Shown here: positions 15,313-26,870 of the stretch, piece after piece
Numbering within the stretch: position 1 is the first letter of the stretch
Layout of the letters: each line of letters starts with the position of its first letter
Origin: Anaeromyxobacteraceae bacterium
GTDB lineage: Bacteria > Myxococcota > Myxococcia > Myxococcales > Anaeromyxobacteraceae
DNA length: 64,000 nt
Direction of reading: 5' to 3'
Assembly: GCA_047602405.1 (NCBI GenBank)
Contig: JASGHJ010000001.1
Location: forward strand, 2,080,001 to 2,144,000
Program-made: the position numbers and the translations under genes
The notes under the pieces: model-generated
What the model was told of the DNA's origin: nothing
The model's input: the letters and a program-made list of their open reading frames with translations, nothing else
Databases searched by the model: none

Positions 15313-18300
15313 CGATCGCCCTCCTCCTCGCCCTCGCCGGGCCGGCGCTCGCGGCCCAGGCCGGGGAGGCGGGGCCGACGCGGGTGGCCGAGGTGCGCCT
15401 GGCGCTGCCGCCCGGGGAGGACGCTGCGGCGGTGCGGGACCTCCTCGCCGTGGCGCCCGGCGACCCGCTCTCCTCGCGCGCGCTGCGGCGCTCGGTGCAG
15501 CGGCTCTACCAGACCGGCCGGTTCCGGCAGCTCAGGTTCCGGGCCGTCCCCGCCGAGCCGCCCGACGGCGGCGGCGAGCGCTGGGTGACGCTCGTGCTCG
15601 AGGCCGAGCCGGTCACGCGCATCGGGAGCGTCTCCGTGCGCTGGGACGGGCCGGCCGCGGTCGACGCGGAGGTCCTGCGGGCCGCCGCGCGGCTCGTGCC
15701 CGGCGAGCCGTACGAGCGCGCCGACCTCGACGTGGCGCAGGCGGGGGCGGCCGCCGAGCTCGCGCGGCGCGGCTGGCGCGCGGCCTCGGTGCGCGCCTCG
15801 GAGGAGCCGAACGGGGTCGTCGTGCTCTCGGTCAAGGCCGGCGAGCCGGTGCGCATCGCGGCGGTCCGGGTCATCGGCGAGCCGGGCGGCGCCGCGGCGA
15901 CCTCGGCGGCGCTGCGCGCCCGGGTGGGCGAGGTGCTCGACGAGGCGGTGCTCGCCGCCGACCTGCGCGCGCTCGGGAACGGGCTGCGCGAGGCCGGGTG
16001 GCGGCGCGCCCGGGTGCTCGCGCCCGCGGTCGACGTCGACGGCGCGCGGGCGACCGTGGAGGTGCGTATCGAGCCCGGGCCGCGGTTCGAGCTCACGTTC
16101 CGCGGCAACGCCGTCGCGACCGCCCGCCAGCTCGAGCGGGAGCTCGGGCTCGACCCGGAGCTGCCGCTCGACCTGCCCGCCATCGACGCCTCCGCCGAGC
16201 GCATCCGGGCCTGGTACCGCGCCCGGGGCCACGCCGCGGTGCGCGTGGAGGTGGAGGAGGGGGAGGCGCCGGGCGCCGTGCGGCTCACCTTCCACGTCGA
16301 GGAGGGCGTCGTCTACCGGATGGGCGCGCTGCGGATCGACGACGCCGCGCAGCGCGGCGCGCGCTTCCTGCGCGCCCGGCTCGTGGCCTTCCTCGACGAG
16401 GAGGGCGTGCCGGGGCCGCCGCCGGAGGCCGACCGCGCCCGCGTCGCGCTCGCCGCGTTCCCGGGCACCCGGCCGCCGCCGCCGCCGGAGCCCCCGGGCG
16501 CGCTCCCGCCCAGCCGCACCTGGGATCCGGAGGCCTGGGATCGCGCCGGCGAGAAGGTCGCCGACCTCTACCGCGCCGACGGCTGGCTCGACGCGGTCTA
16601 CCTCGGCACCTCCGCGACGCTGGACGCCTCCCGCCGCTCGGTGGACGTGACGGTGCGCTTCCTCGAGGGGGCGCGCATCCACGTGGAGTCGATCGGCTTC
16701 GAGGGCAACGTGGCGCTCCCCGTCGACGCCCTCGCCCGCGAGTCGCGCCTCGCGCCCGGCGATCCCCTCGCGTTCGAGAAGGTCGAGGAGACCCGCTCGG
16801 CCATCCTGCGCCGCTACCTCGCGGCCGGGTACCTCTACGCCCGGGTCGAGGCCCGGGAGGACCTCGACCGGACCCGTCACGTCGCGGCGCTCCGCTTCGC
16901 CGTGGAGGAGGGGCCGCGGGTCCGCATCGGCCGCGTGGTGCTCTCCGGCAACCGGCGCACGCGCGACGCGCTCGTGCGCCGCGCGGTGGAGGTGCAGGAG
17001 GGGCAGACCTACGACCCCGACGCGCTGGCCCGCAGCCAGGCGGCGCTCCTGCGGCTCGGGGTCTTCCGCTCGGTGGAGCTCCGCCTGCAGGAGGCGGAGG
17101 TGCCGGCCGAGGTGAAGGATCTCGCGGTCGAGCTCGCCGAGCGGCCCTACGCGACCCTCGCGCAGGGCGTCGGCTTCTCCATCGCGAACGGCCCGCGGGC
17201 GACCGTCGAGTACCTGCGCCCGAACCTGTTCGGCCGCGCGGTGGAGCTCACCGCCCGCGCGAAGGCGAACTACCCGGTCAACACCGCGCTCAGCTACCGG
17301 CCCGAGCTCGTGAACAAGGCGGCCCGCGACGTCATCGAGGGCCGGGTCGACCTCGGCCTGCGCGCGCCCGGCACCGGCCTGCCGGTGAACGCGGGCCTGC
17401 GCACCGACCTCATCGGCGAGATCCTCCACCGGCGGGCCTACGACCTGCGCCGGGTGGCGGCCATCACCGGCGTCGACTTCGGCCTCGCCTCGCGGCTCTC
17501 GTACTCGCTGCAGTACGAGCTCGAGCTCGACGACATCAACAAGACCCAGGCGGCGGGCGTCGTGACCCAGGCCGATCTGGAGCGGCTGCGCTTCGACAAG
17601 GGCGTGACGACGCTGCACGCCGTCCGCCCGTCGGTGACGCTCGACCTGCGCGACAACTCCGCCCACCCGCACTCGGGCCTCTACGCCTTCGCCTCGGCCG
17701 AGTACCAGCGCTCGCTCGGCGACGGCGGGGTGGCGGTGCTGGGCCTCCTGCCGGGCTCGGAGATCCACACGAACCTCGTGAAGGTCCAGGCGACCGGCTC
17801 GATGTACTGGCCGGTGGGCGCCTCGGTGATCGCGCTCTCGCTCCGCGGCGGGCGGGTGTTCCCGCTCGACGGCGACTCGAAGACCATCGTGCCGCGCCGG
17901 TTCTTCCTCGGCGGCGCCGCCTCGATGCGAGGCTACACCGAGGAGGAGATGACCCCCGAGGACGTGCGCGGCGACCTCGCCGCGGAGGGGCGCTACTGCG
18001 CGACGAGCCCGACCGACGTCGGCTGCACCGACCGCGGCCGGCGCATCGCCGCGGGGAGCCGCCCGGTCTCGGAGGGCGGCGAGGCGTTCGTGCTGGCGAA
18101 GGGCGAGCTCCGGGTCCCGGTGTCGCCCACCGTCGAGCTCGGGCTGTTCCTCGACTTCGGCAACCTCTGGCTCGACCCGAGCAAGTTCCGGGTCGTGGAC
18201 CTGCGCGCGAACGCCGGCGCGGGCGTCCGGTTCGTGACCCCCATCGGCCCCGCCGCGCTCGACGTCGGCCTGAACCTCACGCCCGACCACGCCATCAACG

Positions 18301-18341
18301 AGCGCGGGTACGCGGCGCACTTCACGATCGGGCTGTTCTGA
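15297..18341 (+). CDS. Omp85/BamA-TamA family outer-membrane protein with POTRA domains
   Basis: Signal peptide MDRSLTIALLL..., repeated POTRA motifs (GNRRTRD..VRR), FFLGGAASMRGY, G.GVRFVTPIGP, terminal F. Confidence 0.88.
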   Translation: MDRSLTIALLLALAGPALAAQAGEAGPTRVAEVRLALPPGEDAAAVRDLLAVAPGDPLSSRALRRSVQRLYQTGRFRQLRFRAVPAEPPDGGGERWVTLVLEAEPVTRIGSVSVRWDGPAAVDAEVLRAAARLVPGEPYERADLDVAQAGAAAELARRGWRAASVRASEEPNGVVVLSVKAGEPVRIAAVRVIGEPGGAAATSAALRARVGEVLDEAVLAADLRALGNGLREAGWRRARVLAPAVDVDGARATVEVRIEPGPRFELTFRGNAVATARQLERELGLDPELPLDLPAIDASAERIRAWYRARGHAAVRVEVEEGEAPGAVRLTFHVEEGVVYRMGALRIDDAAQRGARFLRARLVAFLDEEGVPGPPPEADRARVALAAFPGTRPPPPPEPPGALPPSRTWDPEAWDRAGEKVADLYRADGWLDAVYLGTSATLDASRRSVDVTVRFLEGARIHVESIGFEGNVALPVDALARESRLAPGDPLAFEKVEETRSAILRRYLAAGYLYARVEAREDLDRTRHVAALRFAVEEGPRVRIGRVVLSGNRRTRDALVRRAVEVQEGQTYDPDALARSQAALLRLGVFRSVELRLQEAEVPAEVKDLAVELAERPYATLAQGVGFSIANGPRATVEYLRPNLFGRAVELTARAKANYPVNTALSYRPELVNKAARDVIEGRVDLGLRAPGTGLPVNAGLRTDLIGEILHRRAYDLRRVAAITGVDFGLASRLSYSLQYELELDDINKTQAAGVVTQADLERLRFDKGVTTLHAVRPSVTLDLRDNSAHPHSGLYAFASAEYQRSLGDGGVAVLGLLPGSEIHTNLVKVQATGSMYWPVGASVIALSLRGGRVFPLDGDSKTIVPRRFFLGGAASMRGYTEEEMTPEDVRGDLAAEGRYCATSPTDVGCTDRGRRIAAGSRPVSEGGEAFVLAKGELRVPVSPTVELGLFLDFGNLWLDPSKFRVVDLRANAGAGVRFVTPIGPAALDVGLNLTPDHAINERGYAAHFTIGLF

Positions 18342-18368
18342 GAACGCCCGCCACCGCGCGAGCGTTGC

Positions 18369-18396
18369 GCCCCGCACCGTCCTTTGGGTGCGGGGT
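18369..18396 (+). terminator. Hairpin after the Omp85 gene
   Basis: GCCCCGCACC...GGTGCGGGGT inverted repeat; no U-tract. Confidence 0.35.
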
Positions 18397-18441
18397 GCCC
18401 GCTCCCCGGTGCAACCGCCCGTGATCACACGTGTCCTCGCC

Positions 18442-18457
18442 TGGCCAGCCCCTTGCT
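18442..18457 (+). promoter_or_regulatory. Sigma54 -24/-12 promoter candidate
   Basis: TGGCCA-GCCCC-TTGCT with exact GG-N10-GC spacing, 13 bp before ATG 18470. Confidence 0.6.
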
Positions 18458-18469
18458 ATAGGTCCGGGC

Positions 18470-19417
18470 ATGACCACCTGGCGTGAGCTGCTCCTGACCG
18501 ACCACGAGACCACCGAGCGCGTCTTCGCCGCCGCGGAGATCGCCCTCTCCCGCCCAGGCGGACCCACGCCCGGCTTCGTCGCGAACCTGCGGGCCTACCT
18601 CGTCGAGTACGTCGACCGGTGCCACAACGTGAAGGAGGAGACCGCGGTGTTCCCGCTCCTCGAGCGCGCCGGCATCCCGGTCGACGGCGGGCCGCTCGCG
18701 GTCATGCTCGCCGAGCACGCGCAGGCGAAGGAGCTCGTCGGGCACGTCGACGCGGCTGCGCGGGCGTTCACGGCGGGTGACGCGACGGCGCTCGCGCCGC
18801 TCAAGCAGTACTTCGGGGCCTACGCCGAGCTCTGCAAGCAGCACTTCTGGAAGGAGAACGACATCCTCTACCCGCTCGCGGCGAAGCTGCTCGACCCGCG
18901 CACGCAGGAGGAGATGGTCCCCGCCATCGAGGCCGTCGAGGCCTCCACGGGGCCGGACGTCCGGGCCCGCTACTACCGCATCGCCGAGGAGCTCCAGGCG
19001 GGCGCCGCGCTCGAGGACCTCTCGCACGGCCTCGACCGCGACGTGCTCGCAGCCATCCTCAACACGCTCCCGGTCGAGCTCTCCTTCGTCGACCACGAGG
19101 ACAAGGTCCGCTACTTCAGCCACGAGCACGCGGAGAAGATCTTCCCCCGCACGCGCGGCGCCATCGGCGCGAACGTCCGCGGCTGCCACCCGCAGAAGAG
19201 CGTGCACCTCGTCGAGAAGATCCTCGCCGACTTCAAGGCCGGCCGCCGCGAGGTCGCCGAGTTCTGGATCGACATGGGCCCGAAGAAGATCCACATCCGC
19301 TACTGGCCGGTGCGGGCCCGCGACGGCAAGTACCTGGGCTGCCTCGAGACGGTGCAGGACGTCGCCGGCATCCGGGCCCTCGAGGGCCAGCGGCGGCTGC
19401 TCGCCGAGGTCGGCTAG
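18470..19417 (+). CDS. Hemerythrin-like (HHE) plus PAS domain protein (DUF438-like)
   Basis: DH..., H..KEE.AVFP, VMLAEH, HFWKENDILYP; PAS part LNTLPVELSFVD...YFS...FPRT...CHPQKSVHLV...EFWI. Confidence 0.85.
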   Translation: MTTWRELLLTDHETTERVFAAAEIALSRPGGPTPGFVANLRAYLVEYVDRCHNVKEETAVFPLLERAGIPVDGGPLAVMLAEHAQAKELVGHVDAAARAFTAGDATALAPLKQYFGAYAELCKQHFWKENDILYPLAAKLLDPRTQEEMVPAIEAVEASTGPDVRARYYRIAEELQAGAALEDLSHGLDRDVLAAILNTLPVELSFVDHEDKVRYFSHEHAEKIFPRTRGAIGANVRGCHPQKSVHLVEKILADFKAGRREVAEFWIDMGPKKIHIRYWPVRARDGKYLGCLETVQDVAGIRALEGQRRLLAEVG

Positions 19418-19445
19418 CAGGGCGGGGTAGCGGCGCCGGGCCGGC

Positions 19446-20099
19446 TCAGGCCGGCCAGCGCTCGATGACCTCGTCGAAGGTCTCGAACACGTCGTGCCGG
19501 AGCCCCTTCTCGGCGCAGTAGCGCACGAGCGAGCTGCCGGCGCGGGCGAACACGTGGTCGGCCGCGTCGGCGGCGTGCCGGTCGCCGGTGCCGTCGCCGA
19601 GCATCACCACCCGGTGGCCGGAGGCCTTGAGCTCCTCGACCACGTGGCCCTTGCAGAACCCGCAGAAGCCGCAGTCCGTGCCGTCGAACTCGACCGCGAG
19701 GCCGCCGGGGCCGGTGATGGCGCGGTTCGCGCGGATGGCGATGTGGTCGCGCAGGGCGGGGTGGAGGTCGCCGATGACGGGCTCGATGTACGCGTCGAGG
19801 CCGGAAGACACGATGTAGAACGGCGCGCCGCCGGCGCGGCAGGCCTCGACGAAGCGCTCGAAGCCGGGCCGCAGCACCGCCGTGCGCCGCGCGAACGCGG
19901 CGATCTCCTCGCGGCTCGCCGTGATGGGCGCGAACACCTTCGCGAGGAGCTCGCCGAAGGTGCACTGCCCCGCGAGGTAGGCGTCCTCGGCGGCCTGGTA
20001 CGCCGCCTCGCCCGCGAAGTGCCACGCCACCCGGTCGCCGAGATCGAGCGACAGGGCGGTGCCGTCGAAGTCGCAGACGATGGCCCAGGGGGAGCGCAC
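19446..20099 (-). CDS. HAD-IB phosphatase, MtnX-like
   Basis: CDFDGT, LRPGF..F, IVSSG, CGFCK, GDGTGD..AA..AD.VFAR. Confidence 0.8.
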   Translation of the reverse strand: MRSPWAIVCDFDGTALSLDLGDRVAWHFAGEAAYQAAEDAYLAGQCTFGELLAKVFAPITASREEIAAFARRTAVLRPGFERFVEACRAGGAPFYIVSSGLDAYIEPVIGDLHPALRDHIAIRANRAITGPGGLAVEFDGTDCGFCGFCKGHVVEELKASGHRVVMLGDGTGDRHAADAADHVFARAGSSLVRYCAEKGLRHDVFETFDEVIERWPA

Positions 20100-20141
20100 G
20101 AGGCCTGGGGTTCTATCAGGCCGACCTGTCAGAAGGCGACT

Positions 20142-20193
20142 CCGTTCGTCCCGAGCGTAGGGCCCGCGTCAGCGGGCCCGGAGACGAGGGACG
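20142..20193 (+). repeat. Palindromic REP-like element (intergenic)
   Basis: CCGTTCGTCCCGAGCGTA-GGGCCCGC-GTCA-GCGGGCCC-GGAGACGAGGGACG. Confidence 0.85.
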
Positions 20194-20194
20194 C

Positions 20195-20995
20195 CTACGG
20201 GAACCGGGGCGGGGACACACCCGTGGCCGCCGTGATCTCGAACACCAGGAACGCCTCGATGGGATCGGTGAAGCCGAGGTGGTCCGGCTTCGAGAGCGGG
20301 TAGAGCAGCTCCCCCACGATCGCGACGTGCGGCCAGGCCCGCCAGTAGACGAGCGGACCGGCGCGCAGGAAGGGGTCGCCGCCGCGGCCGGTGTGGAAGG
20401 CCCACTGCGCGCGGCCGCCGGCGAGGAGGGCGCCGCCGCGCAGGGACGCGAGCCAGCCCACGCTGGCGGTCGCGAGCCAGGGCGGCCGGTACACGATGCG
20501 CAGGAGCTCGTCGTAGACGTCCACCTCGCCCTGACGCGAGAGGAGCTTCACGCCGAGGACCTCGTAGATGGCGAACCCGGGGCCCGCCGGCAAACCCCCG
20601 GAGGCGGAGAGGTCGAGCATGCGCGCGGTGGTCCCGTGGCGCTCCGGTAGGGCGGCGTGGTCGTCGGCCTCGGGCATCGGGAGGTGCTTGAAGCTCCGCC
20701 CGAACCGCAGGCCGGCCTCGAGCCCGAGCGCGGCGAGGTCGACGCGCACGCCGGGCCGGACCGCCGCGAAGTCGGTGGTGAGCCAGCCGCGCGTCACCGC
20801 GCCCGCCCACATGAAGTGGGGCTTGCCCCAGCCGGCGGCGACCATGGCCGCCTGCGACGAGCCGAGGTCGAGGACGCCCGCAACGAACGGCCGGGGCTCG
20901 CCCGCCTGCCAGGGATCCTCGGGGACGTCCGCGCGGGCGGTGGAGCAGGACAGCGCGGCGGTGGCGAGCAGCGCGGCGGTGCGGGCGATGGTCAT
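20195..20995 (-). CDS. Exported protein, possible outer-membrane beta-barrel
   Basis: Signal peptide MTIARTAALLATAALSCSTARA; alternating hydrophobic/Gly strands; ATGA overlap with the MFS stop codon. Confidence 0.6.
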   Translation of the reverse strand: MTIARTAALLATAALSCSTARADVPEDPWQAGEPRPFVAGVLDLGSSQAAMVAAGWGKPHFMWAGAVTRGWLTTDFAAVRPGVRVDLAALGLEAGLRFGRSFKHLPMPEADDHAALPERHGTTARMLDLSASGGLPAGPGFAIYEVLGVKLLSRQGEVDVYDELLRIVYRPPWLATASVGWLASLRGGALLAGGRAQWAFHTGRGGDPFLRAGPLVYWRAWPHVAIVGELLYPLSKPDHLGFTDPIEAFLVFEITAATGVSPPRFP

Positions 20996-22266
20996 CGGTC
21001 CCCTCCGGCCATGGGCCCCGCTCCCCTGAGCGCGGGCGACTCCCTCAGCAGCATCGCACCGGCGAGGCAGCCGAGCGAGAGGATCGCGAAGAGCGACAGC
21101 ATCGGCCCCACCCAGCGCGCCGAGGCCATCGCCAGCATGAAGGCGATGCCGGAGGCCTGGCCGGCGAGGAGCAGGAGCCCCTGGGACGTGGACTCCGGGG
21201 CCGGCCTGCCGATCTCGGCGGCGTACTGGAAGCCGATGGGCCCGGCGCTCATGACGAAGAACCCCAGCACGGCGGCGGCGACCTTCGCGACGAGGTAGGC
21301 GCCGGCGGGGGTCGCGGCGAGCGAGTCGGCGAAGGCGAGCCCGGCGACGCCGGGGACCATGCCCGCCATGCAGAGGACGAGGAAGGGCTTGCGCCGCCGG
21401 AGCGCGTCGGAGGCGATGGGGAGGACGAGCGCGCCCAGGATGCCGCCCGCGATCATGAACGCGCCGATGAGCCCGTCGGAGTCCTCGACGCCGATGTGGG
21501 CGGCGACGGCGTCGACCATCGACGAGAGCGCGTTGAAGACCCCGAGCCCCGCCGTGAAGAGCACGAGCAGGAGCCGGTAGTCCCGGCCCCGGAGCAGGCT
21601 CCGCATCCCCTCGAGCGCGCCGAGCCGCTCCTCGCCGCCCTCCACCGGCACGGCCGGGCGCTCCGGGACGAGGAGCAGCGTCGCGAGCGCGCCGAGCACC
21701 GTGGCGGCACCGTAGGCGAGGAGGAGCGCCGGGACGCCCTCGCCGTACCGCGGCGACGACGCGTCGCCGACGACCACCGCCGGCCCCACCACCATCGCGA
21801 GCACGATCCCGAGGTACTGCGCGAGCGCCGCGAGGCCGTTCGCGAGCCCGCGCTCGCGGAGCGGGAACCACCGCGCGGCCACCGCGGTCGCGGCGTTCAG
21901 CACGAAGGGCTGGGCGAGCGCGAGGAGCCCCTGGCCGGCGAGCACCGCGCCGAAGCGCCCGGCGAGGAGCGCCTTCAGGACGCCGCCCGCGGCCGCGAGC
22001 AGGGCGCCGACCGAGAGCCCACGCCGGATGCCGTAGGTGTCGATGACGTAGGACGCCGGCACGCTCGCGACGAGGTAGACGACGAGGTACAGCATCGCGA
22101 GGAGATCGACGTCGGGCGCCTCGCCCCCGGGGCCGGCGTAGAAGCGCGCCGCGGCGCGCGCGACCGGCGCGAGCGCCACCCACTGCACCTCGACGACCAG
22201 CGTGAGGAGCATGTAGGCGGCGAGGACCACCCAGCGGCGGCCGGAGGGCGGGCGGGGTTCGGTCAC
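20992..22266 (-). CDS. MFS transporter
   Basis: About 12 hydrophobic segments, IDTYGIRR and ARWFPLRERGLANG motifs; GTG start overlaps the tetR stop. Confidence 0.88.
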   Translation of the reverse strand: MTEPRPPSGRRWVVLAAYMLLTLVVEVQWVALAPVARAAARFYAGPGGEAPDVDLLAMLYLVVYLVASVPASYVIDTYGIRRGLSVGALLAAAGGVLKALLAGRFGAVLAGQGLLALAQPFVLNAATAVAARWFPLRERGLANGLAALAQYLGIVLAMVVGPAVVVGDASSPRYGEGVPALLLAYGAATVLGALATLLLVPERPAVPVEGGEERLGALEGMRSLLRGRDYRLLLVLFTAGLGVFNALSSMVDAVAAHIGVEDSDGLIGAFMIAGGILGALVLPIASDALRRRKPFLVLCMAGMVPGVAGLAFADSLAATPAGAYLVAKVAAAVLGFFVMSAGPIGFQYAAEIGRPAPESTSQGLLLLAGQASGIAFMLAMASARWVGPMLSLFAILSLGCLAGAMLLRESPALRGAGPMAGGDR

Positions 22267-22928
22267 GGGCGGATCCTCCGGCGCGGGGGGGCGAGGCGGG
22301 CGGCGAGCGCCCGGAGCACGAGCGCGCGCGGGCTCGTGCGGGCGAGGACGCGCTGCGGGACCTGGCCGTTCAGCACGAGCGAGACGACGCCGTGGACGAG
22401 CCCCCACAGCTCGATCGCCAGCGGCTCGGCCGGGCCGCGCGCGAGCACGCCCTCCGCCTGGCACGCGCGCACGACCTCGACCAGCTCCGCGAAGCCGTCG
22501 TGCGCGGCCGTCACGTAGTCCGGGTAGTCGGCCTCGCGCCCGATCGCGTTCGAGAAGGTGACCCGGTAGAGGTCGGGCTGCTCGAGCGCGAAGCGCACCG
22601 TCTCGACGGCGGTCTCGACGAGCCGCCGGCGCGGGTCGTCGGCGTGGCGCGCCGAGGCCTCGGCGATCCGGGCCCGCACCCGCCGGACGCCCTCGGTCGA
22701 GATGGCCGCGATGAGCGCCTGCTTGTCGGCGAAGTGGGCGTAGGGCGCGGAGTGGCTCACGCCCGCGCGCTGGGCGGCGCGGCGGAGCGTCAGGCCCGGC
22801 ACGCCCTCCTGCGCGAGGATCTCGGCGCCGGCGCGGATGAGGGCGTTCTTCAGGTCGCCGTGGTGGTAGGGCGCCCTCGGGGCGGAGGCGGTGTGGCGGC
22901 GCGGCCGCTCGACGGTTCGTCCCGGCAT
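22263..22928 (-). CDS. TetR/AcrR family regulator (WHG-type C-terminus)
   Basis: YHHGDLKNALI...LTLRRAAQRAGVSHSAPYAHFADK, and LWGLVHG. Confidence 0.92.
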   Translation of the reverse strand: MPGRTVERPRRHTASAPRAPYHHGDLKNALIRAGAEILAQEGVPGLTLRRAAQRAGVSHSAPYAHFADKQALIAAISTEGVRRVRARIAEASARHADDPRRRLVETAVETVRFALEQPDLYRVTFSNAIGREADYPDYVTAAHDGFAELVEVVRACQAEGVLARGPAEPLAIELWGLVHGVVSLVLNGQVPQRVLARTSPRALVLRALAARLAPPRRRIRP

Positions 22929-22948
22929 CTTGACAGTGTCAAGATGCC
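22924..22948. promoter_or_regulatory. Perfect palindromic operator (probable TetR site) overlapping divergent promoters
   Basis: GGCATCTTGACA-G-TGTCAAGATGCC. Contains a TTGACA -35 (22930-22935) with TATCGT at 22954-22959 and covers the tetR start codon. Confidence 0.8.
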
Positions 22949-22977
22949 CGGCCTATCGTCCCTCCGTCAACACCCCC

Positions 22978-23678
22978 ATGCAGCACGCCCGCGAACAGAT
23001 CGTCGCCGCAGCGCGTCGGCTCTCCGCCCGGGGGCTCCTCGTCGCGACCGGCGGGAACCTCTCGGTCCGCGTCCCCGGCGCGGACGCCTTCGCCATCACG
23101 CCGTCCGACCTCGACTACGGCCTCATGCAGCCCGAGGACGTGTGCGTGCTCCGCCTCGACCTCACGTCGGTGGACGCGCGCCGCAAGCCCTCCATCGAGT
23201 CGAGCCTCCACGCCGCGGTCTACCGCGCCCGCCCGGACGCCGGCGCGGTCGTGCACACGCACCAGCCCTACGCGAGCGCGGTGGCGCTGCTCGGCCTGCC
23301 CATCCCGGCGCTCTTCGACGAGCAGGTGCGCTTCCTGGGCCGGCGGGTCGAGGTCGTCCCGTACCGTCCCTCCGGCACCGGCATGCTCCGGAGCGCCCTC
23401 GAGCGGCGGCTCGCGAGCCGGGCGAACGCCTACATCCTCGCGAACCACGGCGCGGTCTGCATCGGCCCGGACCTCGGCCGCGCCGAGACCAACGTGGAGC
23501 TGCTGGAGAAGTGCGCGATGGCGTTCGTGCTCGCGCTCTGCACGGAGCGGAAGATCTCGAAGATCCCGCTCCTCGTCCGCGAGATCGCGTTCTCGCGGCT
23601 CAAGGCGGACCAGGACGCCGCCGGGCGCCGCGCGGCGGAGCAGGCGGCGGCGCTGCGCGCCGCCCAGGAGAGCGAGCC

Positions 23679-23682
<4 letters not shown>
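22978..23682 (+). CDS. Class II aldolase/adducin family protein (FucA-like)
   Basis: GGNLSVR, ITPS, KPSIESSLHAAVY..RPD..AVVHTHQPYA, LANHG. Confidence 0.9.
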
Positions 23683-25138
<1,456 letters not shown>

Positions 25139-25142
<4 letters not shown>

Positions 25143-26758
25143 GCGCGCGCCTCGTCACGCTGGCGGTCGACCTCGGCACGTCCGGCGTGAAGGTGGCGCT
25201 CGTCGACGAGCGCGCAAGGGTGCTCGCGTGGGAGAGCGAGCCGCTCGAGCTGACGGTCACGCCCGGCGGCGGCGCGGAGCAGTCTCCCGACGCGTGGTGG
25301 GCCGGGCTCCTCGCGGCGGCCGGCCGCGTGCTCGCCCGCGGCGCCTGCCCGCGGAGCGCGGTGCGTGCGGTCGCGTGCTCCACGCAGGGCGAGGGCACGG
25401 TGCCGGTCGACCGCGACGGCACGGCGCTCACGCCCTGCATGACCTGGATGGACATGCGCGGCGCCGCGGCGCTCCGGCGCCAGTTCCGCGGCCTCGTGAA
25501 CGTCGCGGGCGCGTCCCTGCCGAGGGTGCTGCGCTGGATCCGGCTGACGGGCGGCATGCCGTCGATGACGGGCAAGGACCCCGCCGGCCACATGCTCTGG
25601 CTGCGCGATGAGCGGCCGGACCTCTACGCCCGCACGCACCGGTTCCTGAACGTCCTCGACTACCTGAACCTCCGGCTCACGGGCCGGATGGTCGCGACGC
25701 ACGACTCGATCCTCACCTCCTGGGTCACCGACAACCGCGACGCCGACCGCATCCGCTACCACCCGGCGCTCGTGCGCGGCTCGGGCGTCGACCCCGCGAA
25801 GCTGCCGGAGCTCGTGCCGTGCACGGAGGTGCTCGGGCCGCTGCTGCCGGACGTGGCCGACGCGCTCGGGCTCGACCGCGGCGTGAAGGTGGTGGCGGGC
25901 GCCATCGACAACACCGCGGCGGCCGTGGGCGCGGGCGCGACGCGCGACGGCGCGCTGCACCTGTACCTCGGCACCTCCACCTGGATGGCGGCGCACGTCC
26001 CGTGGAAGAGGACCGATCTCGGGGCCGCGCTCGCCTCCGTGCCCTGCGCGCTGCCGGGCCGCTGGCTCCTCACCGCGCTGCAGGCGACCGCGGGCGGGAA
26101 CCTGTCGTTCCTGCGCGACAAGATCCTCTACCACCGCGACGAGCTGCTCCAGGAGGCGGGCGTCCCGGACGTCTTCAAGGTGATGGACCGGATCGCCGCG
26201 CGCGTCCCGCCTGGCGCCCGCGGGCTCGTCTACACCCCTTGGATCTGGGGCGAGCGCGCGCCCGTCGAGGACCGGGCGCTGCGGGCGGGGCTCTTCAACC
26301 TCTCGCTCGAGCACGACCGCGGCGACGTGGTGCGCGCGTTCCTCGAGGGCGTGGCGCTCAACTCGCGCTGGCTGCTCGGGCCGGTGGAGCGCTTCCTGGG
26401 CGAGAAGGTGCGGCGCCTCCGGCTCGCGGGCGGCGGCGCGTCGTCGGACGTGTGGTGCCGGATCTACGCGGACGTGCTGGGCGTGGAGATCGAGCAGGTG
26501 GAGGCGCCCGTGCAGGCGAACGCGCGGGGGGCGGCGCTGATCGCGCTCGCGGGCCTCGGCGAGATCGCGTGGGCGGACGTGCCGGAGCTGGTGGCGGTCC
26601 GGCGAGCGTATTCGCCCGATCCGGCCAGCCAGGCGGTTTACGACGAGCGCTACGCGACGTTCCTCGAGCTGCACCGAAGGTTGAAGGGGTTGTACGGCAG
26701 GGTGAATCGGGACCGCGGCGCCACCGACGGGGCCGGCCCCCGTCAGCCCCGAGCGTAG
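25139..26758 (+). CDS. FGGY-family carbohydrate kinase (xylulokinase-like)
   Basis: AVDLGTSGVK, EQSPDAWW, WMDMRG, DYLNLRLTG, LGTS, GERAP, EGVA, GGGA.S..W..I.ADV. Confidence 0.92.
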
Positions 26759-26786
26759 TCCGCCGCAGGCGGGCGGAGACGAGGGG
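26747..26786 (+). repeat. Palindromic REP-like element supplying the TAG stop of the FGGY kinase
   Basis: CCCCGAGCGTA-GTCCGCC-GCA-GGCGGGC-GGAGACGAGGGG; TAG at 26756-26758. Confidence 0.85.
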
Positions 26787-26870
26787 CGCAGCGGGAGGCG
26801 ATCCCTGGTGCTCCTACCCGCGGCGCGGTCGTCGCCCCGCAGACGCAAAGCCCTGCTCATGTTGAAGGCC

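Noticed and set aside
26835..26870. c-di-GMP-I (GEMM) riboswitch suggested by GACGCAAAGCC
   Set aside because: The upstream GGCAAA/GNRA-capped stem and the downstream receptor stem are missing.
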